In this document: piece after piece, positions 24,745 to 44,200 of the stretch
Layout of the letters: each line of letters opens with the position of its first letter
How positions within the stretch are numbered: the first letter of the stretch is position 1
NCBI GenBank assembly: GCA_000708835.1
Contig: DF237079.1
Span: forward strand, 116,787 to 180,786
DNA length: 64,000 nucleotides
Direction: 5' to 3'
DNA from: Klebsormidium nitens
Taxonomy: Eukaryota > Plantae > Klebsormidiophyceae
The notes under the pieces: generated by a model
The model's database searches: none
What the model saw: the letters and a program-made list of their open reading frames with translations, nothing else
Told to the model about the DNA's origin: nothing
Translations under genes and position numbers: made by a program

Positions 24745-25230
24745 CTTTGTCCTCTCGCTACAGAAGACTAATTTGGGGTTTGATCAACAGTGAATGCAGG
24801 GCTGGCCGAGACAATGCTGCCAATGCTCCAAGGTTCTACCAACTGACGAGCGAAGCGCTCCTGGAGAAGTCCTGAAGGCTGAAGCGGTGAGTTCTTGACT
24901 CTTGAGTCTTGATGTCCCCTTGAGACGAGCTCATGCTAGCTTCTAGCATCAGACGTTCCAATGCGCGCGCGTCCTGCGCGCGTACAGCTGGCCGCGTCGC
25001 GGGCCCGGGCGCTGAGTCTGCTCAGTGTTGTACACTGTACAGTGTATTACCTACACGTAGCTGCTGACGCACATTGCATTGACATTTGCAACTTAGCTAG
25101 AGCAGCCCGTATTACTATCAAGGGACGTGACCAGATCGTGGCGGCAAGTGGCTTCATCAAAAAGAGTAACATAGGGTGACATCTCTGCCTTTCATCTCAG
25201 ACGTCCTCTAGCGTCGCAGCGGGGGTGGAG

Positions 25231-31350
<6,120 letters not shown>

Positions 31351-32462
31351 AGGGAACCCGAACGTCAAAAGCGTGATAAACCAGGAGCGTCCTCCCAACA
31401 CAGTGCGAGTGCTTTTCGAAGTGCGAGCAGAGTTGCTGTAGTTGTAGAGCAGTAGCTTGTAGTTGCTCCAATTATTGACCCTGGACCAAAAATACGCCTC
31501 CGATGGACACAAGGCGTTCGAAGCTCTATAGAAGATGTCCGAGCATGAATTGCATCACGTCAGCGCATGGAGGTCCTTAACTCTTTGCAGCAATTTGTAT
31601 CCAAACTGATCGGATTGCACATGTACCTGCTTTCAAGTCAATTTGCGTCATGATGTGACCCAGCTGCATAAGTGTGACTATTTAGTGGTACGCTTCGCGC
31701 CGGAAGTACGTCAAAATGATTCTTAAGAGCCGGGCTCGAGTCACGTGACCGAATAAAGCTTTACTATCATGTACCTCCGCGGGCCAGAGCTAGTCGAGCA
31801 CGGGCGTAAACGTCGAGTGCACGGTGCAGCCAGAAGAGTATATGCTGACGGGACGGTCACCTGCAATCATGAAGCAGACACTATAACACGGGATGCTAAA
31901 TCTCAGCCCATAGCTCCGGCGAGTGAGTCCGAGTCAGCTTAATTAGCATAACTAAATGATATAGGAAAGAAGGACTTAATTCAACAATACATATGCGCCA
32001 GGCACATTGAGGCAAGCGCGGGCGGCTGGCACCAATGATGGACTGCACATATTGAGCTAGAGCCATATATATGATACCTTGCCATGCAGGCCTTTGCATC
32101 CGAACGTATCTGATAAACATGGTGACAGTATGTAAGAATGACCATCACTTTTTTCCAACCCGTTTCGTGGGTTAGGCTCGGACTATCTGACAATCATATG
32201 ATGAGCACCTGTTGACTCAGCCTCCATGACAATGCTTGCCATGACAAACATGTCCACAATAATCAGTTTGGCGCTCTGTTTAAGAAACACTACTAGAATA
32301 GATTCGCACGTTGTTCGAGCGACGTCACTCCTCATTCGGATAGCCAAGGAAGCTGTGCGCAGACAAGTTTCACACACGTTTACAAATCAGATTGAACGAA
32401 GCGTCCTCCTTCAATCAATGCAATCGATGCTTGACAAATATTGAAACAGCGGCTTATGGACA

Positions 32463-34388
32463 TCAGCTGACTCGTCGACAAGCTTCCTTGTGGCCCGCCT
32501 TCCATGCTTTCTTTTGGCACTCTGCAATACATCACACGAAGTTTAGTACATCATGAGCTTGGCAACTGATTGCGCCGACAGCGTATTAGACGGGTGTCGA
32601 GCGGACCCTGAATCCTGTGAAGCCGAGAAGAAAAGAGAAAGTCACATCCAAACCCAGTCGCTGGAGGTGTACGAGTAACATACGTCATTTGGTTCTCAAA
32701 AATAAAGGCAAAGTAACCTTTACATCATGAAGCGGAAACAAAAGATCCCCTTGGATCAACAAAAGACCAAAATTTATCTCAAAGCTCTGCTCCTTAAATC
32801 AAGAATGGATTGCCAAGCCCTCAACAACAGACGCATGAGGCTAGCTTCAAGCTTTCAATCAAAAGTGGATGAGTACCTAGATCCGAACAGGTGGGATGCC
32901 ATTCTGCATTCTCACGTCATGTATTCATCTCTTCAGGAAATGGAATCTCGCTTGACCATGTGCCCAAGTGCAGCTTTGGGTTCTTTGACGAAGTTCAAAA
33001 AGGTTAACCAACCTACCCGGAACGCCGGAGAGCTCGTTTAAATGCAGACTTGAGATCTCACCTCGCCCGCAGTAAACAGCGAGCTTGCAAGCTGAGCAGA
33101 CCCGAAATTCCCCCGGTTTCGTCTCCTCTTTTTCGCACCCCGGGCCAGAGCATCTTCTCGCAGACTTCCTGCTCCGTGCAACCAAGCCCGTTCTCATCGC
33201 CTCTTCAAATGCTGCTTTCTGGTACCTTGACTTATTAGGAAAGACGTAGAGCGTCGGATCTCCCGGGGTGTCTGCTGATAGTATCGCTCGCAGCTGCTTT
33301 GCTATTTCTACCACAACCGGGTCTTTCCGCGCTGAGATTTCTGTCTCTTGTTGATCCACAATCACGTCAAACGACCCGTGCTTTAGTATGCAGGCGAAAC
33401 CAACCAGAAAACGGTGGTCTGAAGGCTCCAAAAATTCTCCGCACAAAACCAAAGCCAGCACCGAGGATCTGAGGGGGGGACTTTTGGGAAAGGGCCTGGA
33501 AGGGCCCCCTGGCAAGCGGACACAGTCGTGCAAGCACTTTTGTAGAATCCTGATGGTCCAAAGAATCTCTATTTTCTCAGAGGGGTTGTGAAAGACCTTG
33601 GTTGCGAAAAGAAGGAGGTCTGACTTCAGGGCATGCCCGTCGAAGTCATTGCAGACAGCTTGGATGAGGCAAACAACCCGGCGGATAGCGTCAGTAAGAC
33701 ACTGCGGAGAGTCTGCTTCCAAAGCGTACTGCAATACTGCAGTAAAAAACCCCGTGCTCTGAGCTGTCTCTAGCGCGATGTTTTCTTGCAGAAAGAGCTT
33801 CTGGAGCGTGCGGACAATCGCATCTCTGGTCTCCAGGTCTGGTCGCTGCTCAGGGAACTTCTTTCGAAGCTTGGACAGAGTCTCCATCTGGAAGATTGTT
33901 CTCAGAAGTAATGGCAAGGCAGGAAACTCCTTCAAAATGAAATTGACGGTACGTTTGTCAATAGCCAAGCCAAAAAGAGCCTGCAGGTATGTGACCGGCT
34001 TGAGAAACACAAGAGACACGTTGCGAGAAGTACCAGAGCCTACATTTCTTTCTAGCTCTTTAGGATCCGAGGTCAGAGTCCAAGACTGCCCTGCCGCAAT
34101 ATCTTCCAACCCCTGCTTGATCGGCTTCATGATGCCGCTCTCCAGCACAAATGCAGCGGTGTGAACAGCGCTTTCCAGCACGAATTGATCTGAAGCCAAG
34201 TAGGTCAAGAAGATGTCCTTCAGACGCCTGACAGCCAAGAAGCTGGTGGTATCATCTGCTGACTGAGCGTTGCTCAAGATCCGCTGCAAGACCTGTGAGC
34301 CTTCCGGTCTCATGAGATCAAGATCCTTCGGGAACGGTTGATAAAGTTGATGCAATACGCCTTCGTTTACGGATCGGTAGGCTGCCAT
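32463..34388 (-). CDS. MYND-type zinc finger protein (uncharacterised ~400-aa N-terminal region plus C-terminal zf-MYND), 2 exons, about 461 aa
   Basis: Exon 1 (34388-33062) ends CSGPGCEKEETKPGEFRVCSACKLAVYCGR. It splices in phase 1 to exon 2 (32521-32463), ECQKKAWKAGHKEAC, completing the MYND Cys/His ligand set. Confidence 0.9.
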
Positions 34389-35371
34389 CGCGGATCAGAA
34401 TGTCTGCAACCAAACCGGCGATTCTTTGCTACATTTTTTCATCTTTAGTCCGCTGGTGGCGTCTCCCTCTTCAGGTAAAACTTTGAGCTTCTTCAGTGGA
34501 ATACTCTTTGTTGTTGCGATGCATGAAGCTCAAATGCGTGAAGATTTTATGTTTGATCACGAGGAGCGACTTTGCAGAGCGCAGGTTGCATGCACCGCAC
34601 CGAGGTTGGCCACCAGGTCTTTGTTTTTAATGAGTCGTACCACATCTGCTCTGAGCACTGCCCCTCCCTGCAAGGTGAAGCTACATGCAGATACATGAGG
34701 CCAAGGCAATCCTTTGGATTCTTGAGAAATCAGCAGGCTCCTCTTAGACTAGTGAAAGGAACAAGTGGCAGTTTCTCTACCTATCGGACCGCGGGTCCTC
34801 CGCGTTCCACCGACCAAGAGGCCAATATTCTGAGTGATCAGCGCAAACCCAGAATGTCGGTGTCATGGATCAAGGTAAGCGCCGTAAGGGTCAACTTTTC
34901 GTGACAGCGAGGGCCTGGGGACGATCAGCTAGGGGGTTAGGGCGCCAGGCTAAAATGGTGTGTTCGCAGAATGTGCATATAATTCCTTGCGTGCATGTGT
35001 CCTCTCGTAAGCGATAAGGAAATGATCGGAGAAAGCAAGAGGCCTTGATTTTAACAGAGAGAAGATAAGGTCGACTTTGCAGTCGCTTTGCTACCTTACT
35101 GCTATGATCTGCCATGCGGGCAAGCAACTGCATGCCTGGTGGATGAAGGACTAGGCATGCCGAATGGAACCCGAATACCGGCTATCTCTTGCAAAGGCAT
35201 CAATCTTCTGGCGTTCGAAGCATCAGCCGTTCAATCTTCGATCAGCGGAATCTCATGTTAGTTAGCATGAGCTATGCCGTAGTCCACAAAGACGGGCTAT
35301 AGCGTTTATATAAAGCATCTTCATGCTCACAATGATTGCCATTACGTTCGAAGGGTGCAACGATGCAGGTT

Positions 35372-37292
35372 CTATGCAGACGCGGGCTCCAACATTTTTG
35401 AGAGACCTAGAGATCGGTCTCTGCCCAGTAACTCAACCACGTCATCTATGTATACTTTCCCCGTTTTAGAGTCCGTGGCAGCTTGGAGCAGTTCCGCGGC
35501 TTCCTCCTCGCTGAAAGGGTGCGTGCTTGACGACATGACCAGATTCTGCACAGAGACGCATGAAAGAAACGCCGTTCAGTACAGCGAACGACTCTTCGGA
35601 TGGACTTTGAAAATGCAGTCGTGCTAGCCTTTCAAAGCTCGCTCAGATTCTTGAGCACACGAGCTGCCACATGCCAGCGCACTTCGTCGTTACATAGGGG
35701 AGCATCTTAGGACCATGTTTAGGCCATTTTTCAAAATGGGTCTAGCTGGACCCGATCTGTTCTGCATGATACGGTATACTGAATCTCTATTCTGGCGGGC
35801 TGCGTTGACACACTGGGACCAGCGTACACAGCTCGACCTTCAAGATTCTAAAACGCTGGATGCACGTATGCGAGCATGGATTCAAGTACTTTGGCTCCAA
35901 GCAGAGCTCATATCTCGATCCACGCGCTCTGATAAGCCACAAGCAGAATTGAGAAGGGCTCTCTTTCCCACGCGCTGTTCTGACCACTGGTACTACGAAG
36001 CAACGTAAAGACGGCCTCACCTTTAGTTCTTCCGCTTCGAAACAGCCTTTGTGCCCAGTATCGACCGCCTGGAACGAGAGGCAGACATTGCGCTTAGTGA
36101 AGGATGCACTCTCAAAGCTGGATAATCGCTTGAAACAGTATCGAAGAAGCTCTGACCATCGAATCAGATGCAAAACTGCTGTGCGCAACATGCCACGTCC
36201 CAAAGCATCTTCGCGGCTACTTCTGCGTTTTGGAAGTCTTGTCGTATGGGGGTATGAAATGCTGGCCTCTGATGATCGACCGCTCAGGTCAAATGAGATC
36301 CTGCTCTCAAACCGTTGGATATCCTAATCGTGGTCATGCCTTACCCGAAGAGCCTTTAGAAGCGTTTCTTTCGGGGTTCGCCGGAATTCTGCTGGACGCT
36401 GTGATACAGCACGCCGCACAGCATACTCCAGCTTTTCGAAAGTCACTGTTGGTGGTCCCTTGCTTTTTGGAGCATCAGCAACCGGGGTTCGCATCTGAAG
36501 GAACGAGAATGTACCGCTATTGAAGCGCAGATGGTTGTCTCCAACACGCTTTAAGGGCTTGTTCCATAAGGATATGCAGATGCAGCGAATCAAGGACCAA
36601 ACCCATGATGATTCCATGGATGGCGGTTACAATAATCTCAAGAGCTGTGCCGGAATTGAGAACTGAGTGGTAATCGAGTGAAGGTGCAAATCTAACGACT
36701 GCTGCCCCATGTAACGCTTGCTGGCTTCTGGCACTCCCCTCAGTACAGGATCTTGTGAAGGCAAAGGATGGGCTACTCCTTAAAACATTCGGATATGTAG
36801 AGATGTCTGCTTCACTTGTGCGTGCATGGCTCCGACAACCGTGTCATTGCTTCATTGACCCACCTCAGCCAGCAACTCCTCAAGCTGTGCCTCCGTTGGA
36901 TTCAGACCAAGTCCACGTATGAGTGTAGGGACGTCTCTGCACAAAGCAAGATGACAACCATCTAGAACATGGGAACCAGCTTGTACCAGAATTGTCGCAA
37001 GTACAGAAGTGTGTCGCAGTCACTGACTCTTCATACCAAGTAATGCATTGTCGCAGCTTCCAGCGGAGCTTATTCAGTTCAAGGCTCACTTTTCTTCGAC
37101 CTCTCCCTTTTTGTCTCCCCCCTTGAGCTCAAACAAGGTGAACACCTCTCTGATCAGCGTTTCCAAGTCAGGAGGCAGCCGGGGTACAGCTGGTGCCTCG
37201 TCTTGCGCTGGACTCGCTTCTCCTGCATCATCTTCAACAGCTGGACCAGCTTCGAGGGGCTCGCTTGGCTGGCTGGTTTCTGGAGCTGACAT
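35372..37292 (-). CDS. EF-hand protein resembling dynein regulatory complex subunit 8 (DRC8/EFCAB2), 5 exons, about 215 aa
   Basis: Exons 37292-37090, 36936-36864, 36494-36345, 36068-36021, 35545-35372, all GT-AG and in phase. Translation: ...LIREVFTLFELKGGDKKGEVEEKDVPTLIRGLGLNPTEAQLEELLAE...TVTFEKLE...TPKETLLKALRAVDTGHKGCFEAEELKNLVMSSSTHPFSEEEAAELLQAATDSKTGKVYIDD. This follows the calmodulin-like four-EF layout, and the spacing resembles EFCAB2 as I recall it. The gene model is solid; orthology is inferred. Confidence 0.8.
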
Positions 37293-38216
37293 TTTGGACT
37301 ACCCAGACTATATCGAATGAAAAGGACAGCGAAGAAGAGACGCAAACGTTCGAGATTTGGAGTTTGGGAGTGTCAGGGCTTTGGATGCGTACGCAGTTGT
37401 CAAAGCGATGGTCGAACTTTTGCAACTGAAGTGAGACCGTGCCTCAGCCTTGCGGCGCAGCTTACAGCTTGCTGCAGTATTTCGCCTGAAGCTTTGCAGA
37501 ATCAATCGAGTTGGCCCAGCTACAAACTTTATTAAACGATGTCAAAACATGTCGTGTACATGAATTTCACCAACAAGAGCCTATACCTGTGTATTGACCA
37601 GCAGCAATATCCTGCAAGACATGGACCTTGAACCTGCCTTGAACCTGAGTTCTGTGTCAAGTTCTGACTCCTGAGTCCTGACCCTTTTCCCGGCCCCAGC
37701 AGTGATGAATGTCTGATGCCAGCAGCTAGTGGACTCTGGAATGTGATCTGCGCCCCAGCTTTCAAACCGTTTTTCTACATTTTTGCGCGCGCGCATGGAT
37801 TTGGGTTGAGACTCTGCTGCACATGCCCCAGATCCGCCCTGCCCTCAGAGGCACGGAGTCAAGGCTCAAACAAACCTAACCCGACGTTTTCAACCTGCTC
37901 GTAACGTGCCTGAGCTCACAGAGCTAATGTGCTAGCTTGCGCTTGTGGCGCCCATTCCAGTTTCCAGCTCACAAGTAATACACTTGTCTATGAGTTGGGA
38001 CGCATTCAACCTCAAGAAGAAAGACTTTGATTGGACGTCGATCTACGTATGCAAAATCCTCTGCAGGGACCTTTTGCATGGCGCTTCCATCTCTCCAGGG
38101 TGGGCCTGATAAGAGAAAGCAAATTCACGGGTGTCGGCAGCTGCTTTTCCGCTGCTTGCACATGTGCAGGGAATGCTAATTTTGGAGCTTGAGTGGTAAT
38201 TACACGCACAGACTCT

Positions 38217-41200
38217 ATGGTTGGCGCCATGGAAAGCTCAAATCAGCTTGCGGCGCTAGTGTCTGAGCTTGAAGGGCTGGTCAGCAGTGGGCCTCAAGCC
38301 AAGGCTCCGGACCCGCTGGTCACCTTTGACCTCCTGACAAAGCTCCTTTCTTGCCTGAAGACCCAGGATAAGGTGAGCTGGTTTTTGATACTCAATAGAA
38401 TGCAACCCTCGTGAAAACAGCAGACCGCATGTTGTGCGTCCAAAGTAGAGGTCTACTCCAGCGCGCGGTAGCACTGTCACCAGTCCCTCTCGTAGGCCTC
38501 TTTTCCTTTGTATGAGAAAGCGTTTCTTGAAGTTGCTAGATCATCAAAGTAGCAACCAGATTTGATGAAAACCCTAATTTTGGAGACCTCTGGTTGACAA
38601 TCTGGATCATGGCACCGATTGGTTGAAGCTTGAGAAGCTGTAGTCTTATTGAGGGTTTGCTGGCCTTGTATGTAAAGTTGCTGAAACTGGATTGTCTGGT
38701 TAATCGAGTATCTCGCTCAACTTCCTGGAGTGCCCCGAACCTTTCTATGTCCTACTTCTGCATCAGACTACATCGATGGACGCACCATGTGAAGGGTTTC
38801 TGCATTCGCGAATGCACACCAATTTAGCAAGTAGCTTAAAGATCGCCCACTGCCTTTGTTCCCTTTCTCTAGGTAGTTAAGATGGTATTCTCGGCTTGAG
38901 CGAGGAGACTGAAGATTTGAGCGTTGAATTGGAACCAGATTTTTGCATTGCACAATGGCTTTCAGATCCTTGCATTTTGTAAGTAGCAGGTACATGGCCA
39001 TGCAGATTGTTAGTGAGTTGAAAGACTAGTAAAGCTTGCAATCCTGAAGGTCTTCTCTGAATCATAGTGCTCGGTTACTCGCAGGACTCAATTGCCAAAG
39101 TCCAGCGGCAATGCGAGGACAAGTTAGAGGCGTTGCTCCTTCTGGGCCTGCGACCTCCCAACCGGCGCCTCGCCAGCCAAGCCATGGTCCAACTGATCAG
39201 CAAGGGGGAGAACATCTCAATCTACTCCAGAGCAAACGGTATCCAAGGATGGCTGTCTGACTTTGTGGACAAGAAGAAAGATCCTGCAGCATATATAGGT
39301 GAGTTGGATCAGGGCAGTGAAATATAACAATTGCAATGATGTTGAAGATGATTATTGAGTGTGGTGTGTTCGTAATGACATGTCTAAAGTGAAGAGCCCT
39401 GTAAGGAGCAAAACACTTAAAGATGCAGCTTAGAGGAGCAATCGGTTGCTCAAAAACCTCTAAACTCTGAGCTTGGCACCTTTGTCAGCTGGGAGCTGCA
39501 AGTTTCACTTTATTCTTTGACCCTTTGGGGCTCTGAAACCAAGCCTATCTTGGCTTCTGCCTGCAGGTGCGGCACAGTGCCTGGGCGCGTTGATGCGCAT
39601 CTTTGGTCAGAAGCTGACGTCGAGCCTTCAGGAGATTGCCAGCATTGTTGGCAAGTTGATGAAACATCCAGATGTGAGCAGGCATCTTTCCCCTTCTTTT
39701 CTTCGCAAAGCGCTGTCAGCTGCAAGCACAAAGCATTTGCGGGGTTTAAAGATGGGTTGTGAAAATTCGAATCCAGCCTTGTGCTGAAACTATCTCCGGC
39801 CTTATGTTGTGAGAACCTCAGCGGGGACCATATACATTGTTGGCAGCTTGGAACTATTTGGGACAAACAACTTGGCTGAGGCATATGAACAAGGGCAGCT
39901 CAACGAGGTTTGCAATCCTAGAAAAGAAGTTGATCGAGGGGCTCTCTTAAAACTTTCTTGTCGGAACAGGTCTTGGTGCGCCATGCGGCTCTACAGCTCC
40001 TGCAAGACGCCATGGAAGGCACTGCCGGTGGGGGCTCCGCCACTGCGCACACAGAGGCCGTCAGAGTGGTGACTCGCATGGGGGCCGGAGACAAGGCCCC
40101 CGCTGTTCGCGCCACCGCCGCGGGCTGTCTTCGAGCAATTGCACGAGCTGGGGGGCCAGGATTGCACGGCCCGGGACTCGAAAACGCTGCGTCGGGATGC
40201 GTGAAGGGGTTGGAGGACTCGTCCCAAGCGGTGCGGGATGGGTACGCGGCGGCCCTGGGGGCTCTGGTCGCGCTCGGGTTGAACCCCCAGGCGCAGGTGC
40301 AGCCTAAAACGAGGGGCACGCCGGTGCCGGCCAAGACGCTCGAGGGCGCGGTGCAGAAGTTTCTGGTGGCGCCGTTCGTGAAGGCGGCGGGGCCGCACGC
40401 TCGGGAGACGCGCATGGGGCTGGCGCTCGCGTGGGTGGCGTTTCTGCAGTCCATGCATAGCACGTACGGTCTGCTGGACACGGACCTCATAAGCTATGGC
40501 ACGCAGGCAGTGGAGATGCTCAAGCCGGGGGGAAAGGGAGCGGCTGCGCCAGAGCCTCAGGCGCTGGCGTGCATCATTTACATAGTGCGCGTCGGCGTGG
40601 TGGAGCAAATGGGGGAGGTCGCGCAGCGGGAGCTCACCACGCAGCTGATTAAGCAGCTCCCTGGCGCGGAAGCATGCGCGCCGATGCTCATTGTCATGCT
40701 TCGGACGCTGGCGCACCTTTTGGACGTCCTCGGAGAAGTGTCGCTCTCCACCCGCGAAGCGCTCGACGCAACCCTGACCGCGATCTTGAACAACCCGTCG
40801 GCCGCAGTCCGTGTGGAAACCGCGAGAACGATCCGAGCGCTCGCGCTGGTAGACCCCGGGTGCGTGAACGGAATGATGGACTGCGGCGTCACGCTGATGC
40901 GTGCGTTACGGGAGTCGGTTGCGGGGGCGCGGGGAGAGCATCTCCGGGCGGATCTAGATTCGTTGCACGGGCAGGCAGTCATGCTAGCGGCGCTGCTGGT
41001 GGCTGCGCCAAGGCTGCCCCTGGGGGTGCCCTCGAGGTGAGAGCGTGCCTGATGAGGTCAACTAGATGCTTCGCTTGCTCCATCTTGTAAGGCCGGGGTT
41101 GGACTCGAAAAGAAAAGAAGGGTTTGATTACTTTCCCTGGATGCTCTGGTTCTGCGGTCCAACGTCAAGGCTAGCCTTGCCAGCTTCATGTGGAGGAAGG

Positions 41201-44200
41201 TCTACAAATATGTTGGCTACTAGCGAACGAAAACACGTCTTTCGGGCTTCTGCTAGTTTGTGGGCAATGCACGAACATCATTCAATGCTGGAACTACAAC
41301 TTGTCTAAGAAGACACCAGTCTGTGTTTTGACCACCGTATGACGCTGAGCTATTGTCTGCTCCCAGGTTGGCCAACTCCATCTTCGAAGTCGCTCAGGAG
41401 ATGGTTCTGCAGCCTGTCCGCAACCCGGTCGCCACCAACGGCGAGCGCGAAGTCGGGTGGCTGCTCATCGCCGCTCTAGTGGCTTCGATGTCCAAGGACG
41501 AGCTCGAAGAACATGCCATCGGCTTACTCGCCCTCTGGGCGATCCCCTTCGGCGGCAACAGCGCCGAACGCGTGAAGAAGGTCGACCCCGCTCTCCAATC
41601 AGAGATCGCCACGTGGGTCGCCGCAATGGACGCGCTCGGGGCGTTCATCCGCCACTGCATCGCCCCGCTCGTCAGCCGGAACGCACCAAATTCCGCAACC
41701 CTGCTGCAGCCAGTCCTGGGATACCTCTCCGGTGCGCTCCAGTACCTGTGCTCGCCCGTCCTGCAAGACGCGGCCGCGCTTCGGGCCAGCATGGAGCAGC
41801 TGACAATCCGGACGTTCGACGCGTACCGGGCGCTTCCGGACGCGAACCTGTACAAGATCGACCACGTGCCTCTGCTGTCGATCTGCACACTGCCGTTCCG
41901 GGACGCGGCGAGCACTCCCTCCAGCTCCTGCCTGCGGACGCTTCTGAACCCCGCGGACGCGTCGCTCGGTCCGTGGATGCCCGGACGGGACAGCTTCGAA
42001 GACGAGCTGCGCGCCTTCGAGGGCGGGTCCGACGGTCTCTTGCCCTGCGTGTGGGCCGCGGAAACGCCGGCTTTCCCGCAGCCGCTGTCGCAATCCGTCT
42101 CGCTGGTCGACGCGATGCTGCTCTGCTTCGGGACCGTCTTCGCGACGCAGTCGGAGGCCAAGAAGAACGCGCTGCTCGACCTGGTGGTGACGTCACTCAA
42201 GTCGGGGCGCAAGCAGCCGTGGCGCGTCGCGAACGCGGCCAACATCGGCATCGCTCTGCTGGGCGGTTTGAAGGCCGCCTCGGGACGGGGCAAGGAGGTC
42301 GCCGAACCGGAGATGTGGAAGAAAGCGGAAGCGCTGATCCAGGGGGTTCTCCAAGCCGACCCTAGCTCCCCCGTTCTGCGTCGCGCTGCCGGCGAGGCGC
42401 TCGGACTGCTGGCAAAGCTGGCAGATGACGCGTTCAGGGTTAGGTTAACCCGGTCGCTGATCTCGGAACTAAGCGTGGCTGCGGACGATCAGCACAAGGC
42501 CGGGATGGCGTTTGCGATCGGGTGCATTCACAGAAGCGTTGGTGGGATGGCGCTGCAGACGTTGGTGCCGGGGACCGTGCAAGCGCTGACAAACCTGGCG
42601 AAAGAGCCGGCAGAGGGGTTGCACATCTGGGCGCTGCACGGGCTGTGGCTGACGGCGGACGCGGCAGGGCTGGCGTTCTTCCCGCATGTACAGGTTAGAG
42701 CGTTTGAGTGCCAGTTTGTTTGCTGATATGCTGGGGTTGTCTTGCTCGTGACGAAGCAAGATGGTATCAAATGGGTATTGTGCCATTGCCAAGTCAAACA
42801 CTAAGATAAACCTGGAGAAGAGTCCAAACCGCCACGACTGTTTGGCAAGAGGTTGTCATGCGTCCTTCTATCTTAAGAGCACAGTGTTAAGCTCTTGCCT
42901 CAGTGCACCAGCAAGTGACAACACACCGATACCCTAGACAAAAAGCTTTTGACCAGCAATGCCCGTTTACAAAAGGCTTTCTTCTTCCTAATTACCCACT
43001 CTCCTCTCTTGTGCAGGCGACCTTGTCCACGTGCATGGACGTCCTCATGTCCGAACCCCACTCGTCCCCGGAGCTTCAGCCTGCCGTCGGCCGCCTGGTG
43101 AACGCAATGGTCGCCGTTCTTGGGCCGGAACTGTCCTCTGGGAGCCGCGTCTTCTCGCGGTGCCAGTCGATCGTGGCAGACATGAGCACCGCAGAGGAGC
43201 CCACCGCGCAACTAGAGTGCGTGCTGTACGCGCAGCAGCTGGTGCTGTTTGCGCCGCAGGCGGTGCCGGCGCACAACCTGGTGGAGACGCTGCGGGCCAC
43301 GCTGTCGTCCCGGCAGGTGAGTCCCGGTAACATCGGTTTCCTCTGGAACTTGTACCACCTTACATAAGGTTCAGAAACTGGTGGTTATTGTTGGAGACAT
43401 TGAAGCGGGCTCATGGACATTATGAGGGCAACGCTGCCATGCCACAGGTTAGTTGCAAAGTCGTCTGGTCCCGAGTAGAGCTCGTCGAATTTGATTAGTT
43501 TGCTCCGTCTGTGACGAGGGGGCTTGAGGGAGGCTCCCCCGGTTTACGCTGCTTCGGGAACGGATCCCATAATATAAATCATCTCTTCAAAGCCGCGTGC
43601 TTGCTTGAAGACGCTCAACGGCAACTCGTTTCACAAGGCTGTCTGCCCGAATCGTCCGTCGTTCAGTGGAAGAAAGCGGGTAGCCTTGCTCTGCTACATG
43701 GTGAAGCAGACCCGGTAATATCTGCTGCTACCTGAGCCGGATGTTTGAGCTCTTGCCGACCGACGTCCAATTGTCATCCACCACATTCCCTCTGGATTTG
43801 TGATATTCTCCCTTGATACACGAGGCTTCGAGAATCTGGCACAGAACTCTAACATCGTATATAAAAGTAACATCGTATTGACAATCTGACTCTCTGCGGT
43901 CCTCTGCAGCCGTCGCTCCGCCACGCGGCCATTGCCACGCTGCGCCACCTGTCGGAGCGCGACCCGCTGTGCATCATCCCGGAGCGCATCGAAGAGGACC
44001 TCTTCGCGATGCTGGACAGCGAGACGGACGCCAAGATCACGTCCGGCGTCCGGCTCACCCTCGAACGCCTCCTCGAAGCCGCGTGCCCCTCGTGCCCCTC
44101 GCGCTGGCTGGGCCTCTGCAAGAACGTCGTTCTCGCGGCTTCGACGACGAAGTCCGCCGGAACACAGCCCAACTCGCCGACGGCGGGCAGTGCCGCGAGC

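Noticed and set aside
35715-36523. Plus-strand ORFs 35715..36008, 36049..36327 and 36230..36523
   Set aside because: They overlap, antisense, the exons and introns of the DRC8-like gene, and their translations look random.
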